NCBI GenBank assembly: GCA_963848135.1
Contig: CAWKCK010000003.1
Location: 682,001 to 746,000 of the forward strand
DNA length: 64,000 bases
Source: an uncultured delta proteobacterium
GTDB lineage: Bacteria; Desulfobacterota; Desulfobacteria; Desulfobacterales; SG8-13
Direction of reading: 5' to 3'
Shown here piece after piece: positions 62,242-64,000 of this stretch. Both the position numbers and the translations under genes were made by a program. Position 1 is the stretch's first letter. The number at the start of each line of letters is the position of its first letter. The notes under the pieces were generated by a model. It saw only the letters and a list, made by a program, of their open reading frames with translations, was not told the DNA's origin and ran no database searches.

Positions 62242-63939
62242 ATGCTCCTGGAACTTTCCATCCGCAATTTTGCCATAATCGATGATCTGAGAATTCACTT
62301 TTCAGATGGACTCACCATTCTAAGCGGTGAAACCGGTGCTGGAAAATCGATCCTCATCAACGCCGTCAACCTGCTTCTTGGCAGTCGGGCGTCAGCGACT
62401 TTGATCCGGACCGGTTGCAAGGCCGCCGAGCTGGAGGCCCTGTTTAAATTACCACCGGACAGCAAGGCCGCCATAACCTTGGCTGAAAATGGTTACCCTT
62501 CCGAAGAGGCTCTATTGATCCGGCGGATCATTTCACGCAGAGAAAGCAATAGAATCTATATCGGCGACCGCTTGGCGACAATGCAGTTGCTCGGCGCCGT
62601 CACCGAAAACCTGGCCAGTATTTCCGGGCAGCACGCCCATCAGAACCTTCTCAAAGATGAACAGCACCTGTTAATCCTCGATAAATTCGGGGGCCTGTTG
62701 CCCCTGCGCCTGGCGCATGTCGACTGTTATCGTCAAGTGCTGCCGCAGATGGAACGAGTGAACAAGCTCAAATCGCTCAAAAACCGCCAGGCGCAGCAAA
62801 GCGAATTGGCGCAATTTCAGAAAAAGGAAATTGAAGAAGCCTGCCTAAAGAAAGAAGAGGACATCGCGCTTGAACAGGAGCGCAGCCGGCTTAAAAACAG
62901 CGAGTTTTTGTCCCAGGCGGTGTATCAGTCCATCGAAGAACTTTACAGCCGCCACGGATCAGTTGTCGAGCAATTGGCTGCTGTGCGTCACAATTTAGAC
63001 AAGGCCGCTCGAATAGATACCGTCTTGACGCCCAGGCTTGAGTCCTTGTCAGAAATATCTTTTCACCTTGAGGATCTGGTCGCAGATCTCAGATCTTATC
63101 TTAAAAACGTCCAGACGGATGACAGCCGGTTGGAGGCGGTGGAAGAGCGGCTGGATTTGATCAACAAGCTCAAACGTAAATACGGCGAATCGCTGGGCGA
63201 CGTTTTTATGCATCTTGATACCATTTCCCGGCAATTATCTGAACTTGGAAACCTCGATGGAGAAATTGCCGAGGCAGAAGAAACGCTATCGATACTGCAT
63301 AAACGACTGGCTGACCTGTCAACCCGTCTCTCGCAGGCGCGGGGGGCAGCGGCCGCGGGGTTGGCTGGAAAAGTAGAAGCTGAATTGGCAAGCCTGAGCA
63401 TGCCCCAGACGCGATTCGAGGTGGCGATACGTCGCCTCCCGGTTGAAGAACCGACCGCTTCTTGCCTGCAGATTGACGGTATGCAGATTAATGAAACCGG
63501 TGTCGATCGTGTAACTTTCAAAATCGCCCCGAATATCGGCGAGGACCTCAAACCGTTGGCCGCCATTGCATCCGGTGGTGAACTGTCCCGAATTGTACTG
63601 GCCTTAAAAGCCATATTGGCGGCAACTGAAACGGTAGAGACTGTCATTTTCGATGAAGTTGATGCCGGAATCGGCGGTGGGACGGCAGAAGTCGTGGGTG
63701 TCAAGCTTTTAGAGCTGGCCCGCCACCACCAGGTCCTCTGCATCACCCACCTACCGCAAATAGCCAAGTTCGGTGAACACCATTTTGGCATCTCAAAACA
63801 GGTCGTTAACGGTCGGACCCTGACGGTTATCCATCCGTTGGATAATAAGGGACGCGTCGAAGAGATCGCCCGTATGCTTGGTGGTGTCGACATTACGGCC
63901 ACAACATTAAATCATGCCCGGGAACTATTGAAGCGCTGA
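62242..63939 (+). CDS. recN: DNA repair protein RecN
   Basis: GETGAGKS, coiled coil, ASGGELSR, FDEVDAGIGG and ITHLPQ. Confidence 0.97.
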   Translation: MLLELSIRNFAIIDDLRIHFSDGLTILSGETGAGKSILINAVNLLLGSRASATLIRTGCKAAELEALFKLPPDSKAAITLAENGYPSEEALLIRRIISRRESNRIYIGDRLATMQLLGAVTENLASISGQHAHQNLLKDEQHLLILDKFGGLLPLRLAHVDCYRQVLPQMERVNKLKSLKNRQAQQSELAQFQKKEIEEACLKKEEDIALEQERSRLKNSEFLSQAVYQSIEELYSRHGSVVEQLAAVRHNLDKAARIDTVLTPRLESLSEISFHLEDLVADLRSYLKNVQTDDSRLEAVEERLDLINKLKRKYGESLGDVFMHLDTISRQLSELGNLDGEIAEAEETLSILHKRLADLSTRLSQARGAAAAGLAGKVEAELASLSMPQTRFEVAIRRLPVEEPTASCLQIDGMQINETGVDRVTFKIAPNIGEDLKPLAAIASGGELSRIVLALKAILAATETVETVIFDEVDAGIGGGTAEVVGVKLLELARHHQVLCITHLPQIAKFGEHHFGISKQVVNGRTLTVIHPLDNKGRVEEIARMLGGVDITATTLNHARELLKR

Positions 63940-64000
63940 GCGTGATGTCTGTCAGGTGCACATGGCGATGTGCCCTGTCACGCCTTCAGCCGCTTGACAA

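Overview
A 64-kb bacterial chromosomal segment; the gene content suggests an anaerobic Desulfobacterota (Desulfobacterales-like) organism. (1) 1-21.6 kb is an apparently co-regulated catabolic locus around a GntR/FadR regulator. The leftward operon encodes a ferredoxin, a degenerate AOR-like protein, a BPL_N glutaminase-like protein, two multiheme c cytochromes and a cytochrome b. The rightward operon encodes a FAD oxidoreductase, a CCG/HdrD-like Fe-S protein, a Liv-type ABC transporter and an MtaA-family methyltransferase. A third operon encodes a ureohydrolase, MmsA, an MSMEG_0568-type radical SAM-GNAT fusion and a PurM-like protein. A conserved 39-bp promoter block links these operons. (2) 21.7-35 kb holds gabD, a CoA-transferase and a sigma54 activator with recognisable -24/-12 promoters, followed by SDR, TRAP, SBP, USP and acyl-CoA ligase genes. 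(3) About 27.8-38.2 kb is dense with frameshifts and nonsense codons, from local sequence error and/or decay. (4) 35-42.4 kb is a minus-strand organic-acid catabolic operon with a terminator in its leader. (5) 43-64 kb is core metabolism: methylmalonyl-CoA pathway genes, sucCD, hypAB, ampG, pckG, rdgB, an FGGY kinase and recN. I found no rRNA, tRNA, CRISPR array or transposase. Family assignments come from motifs read by eye, not from database searches.
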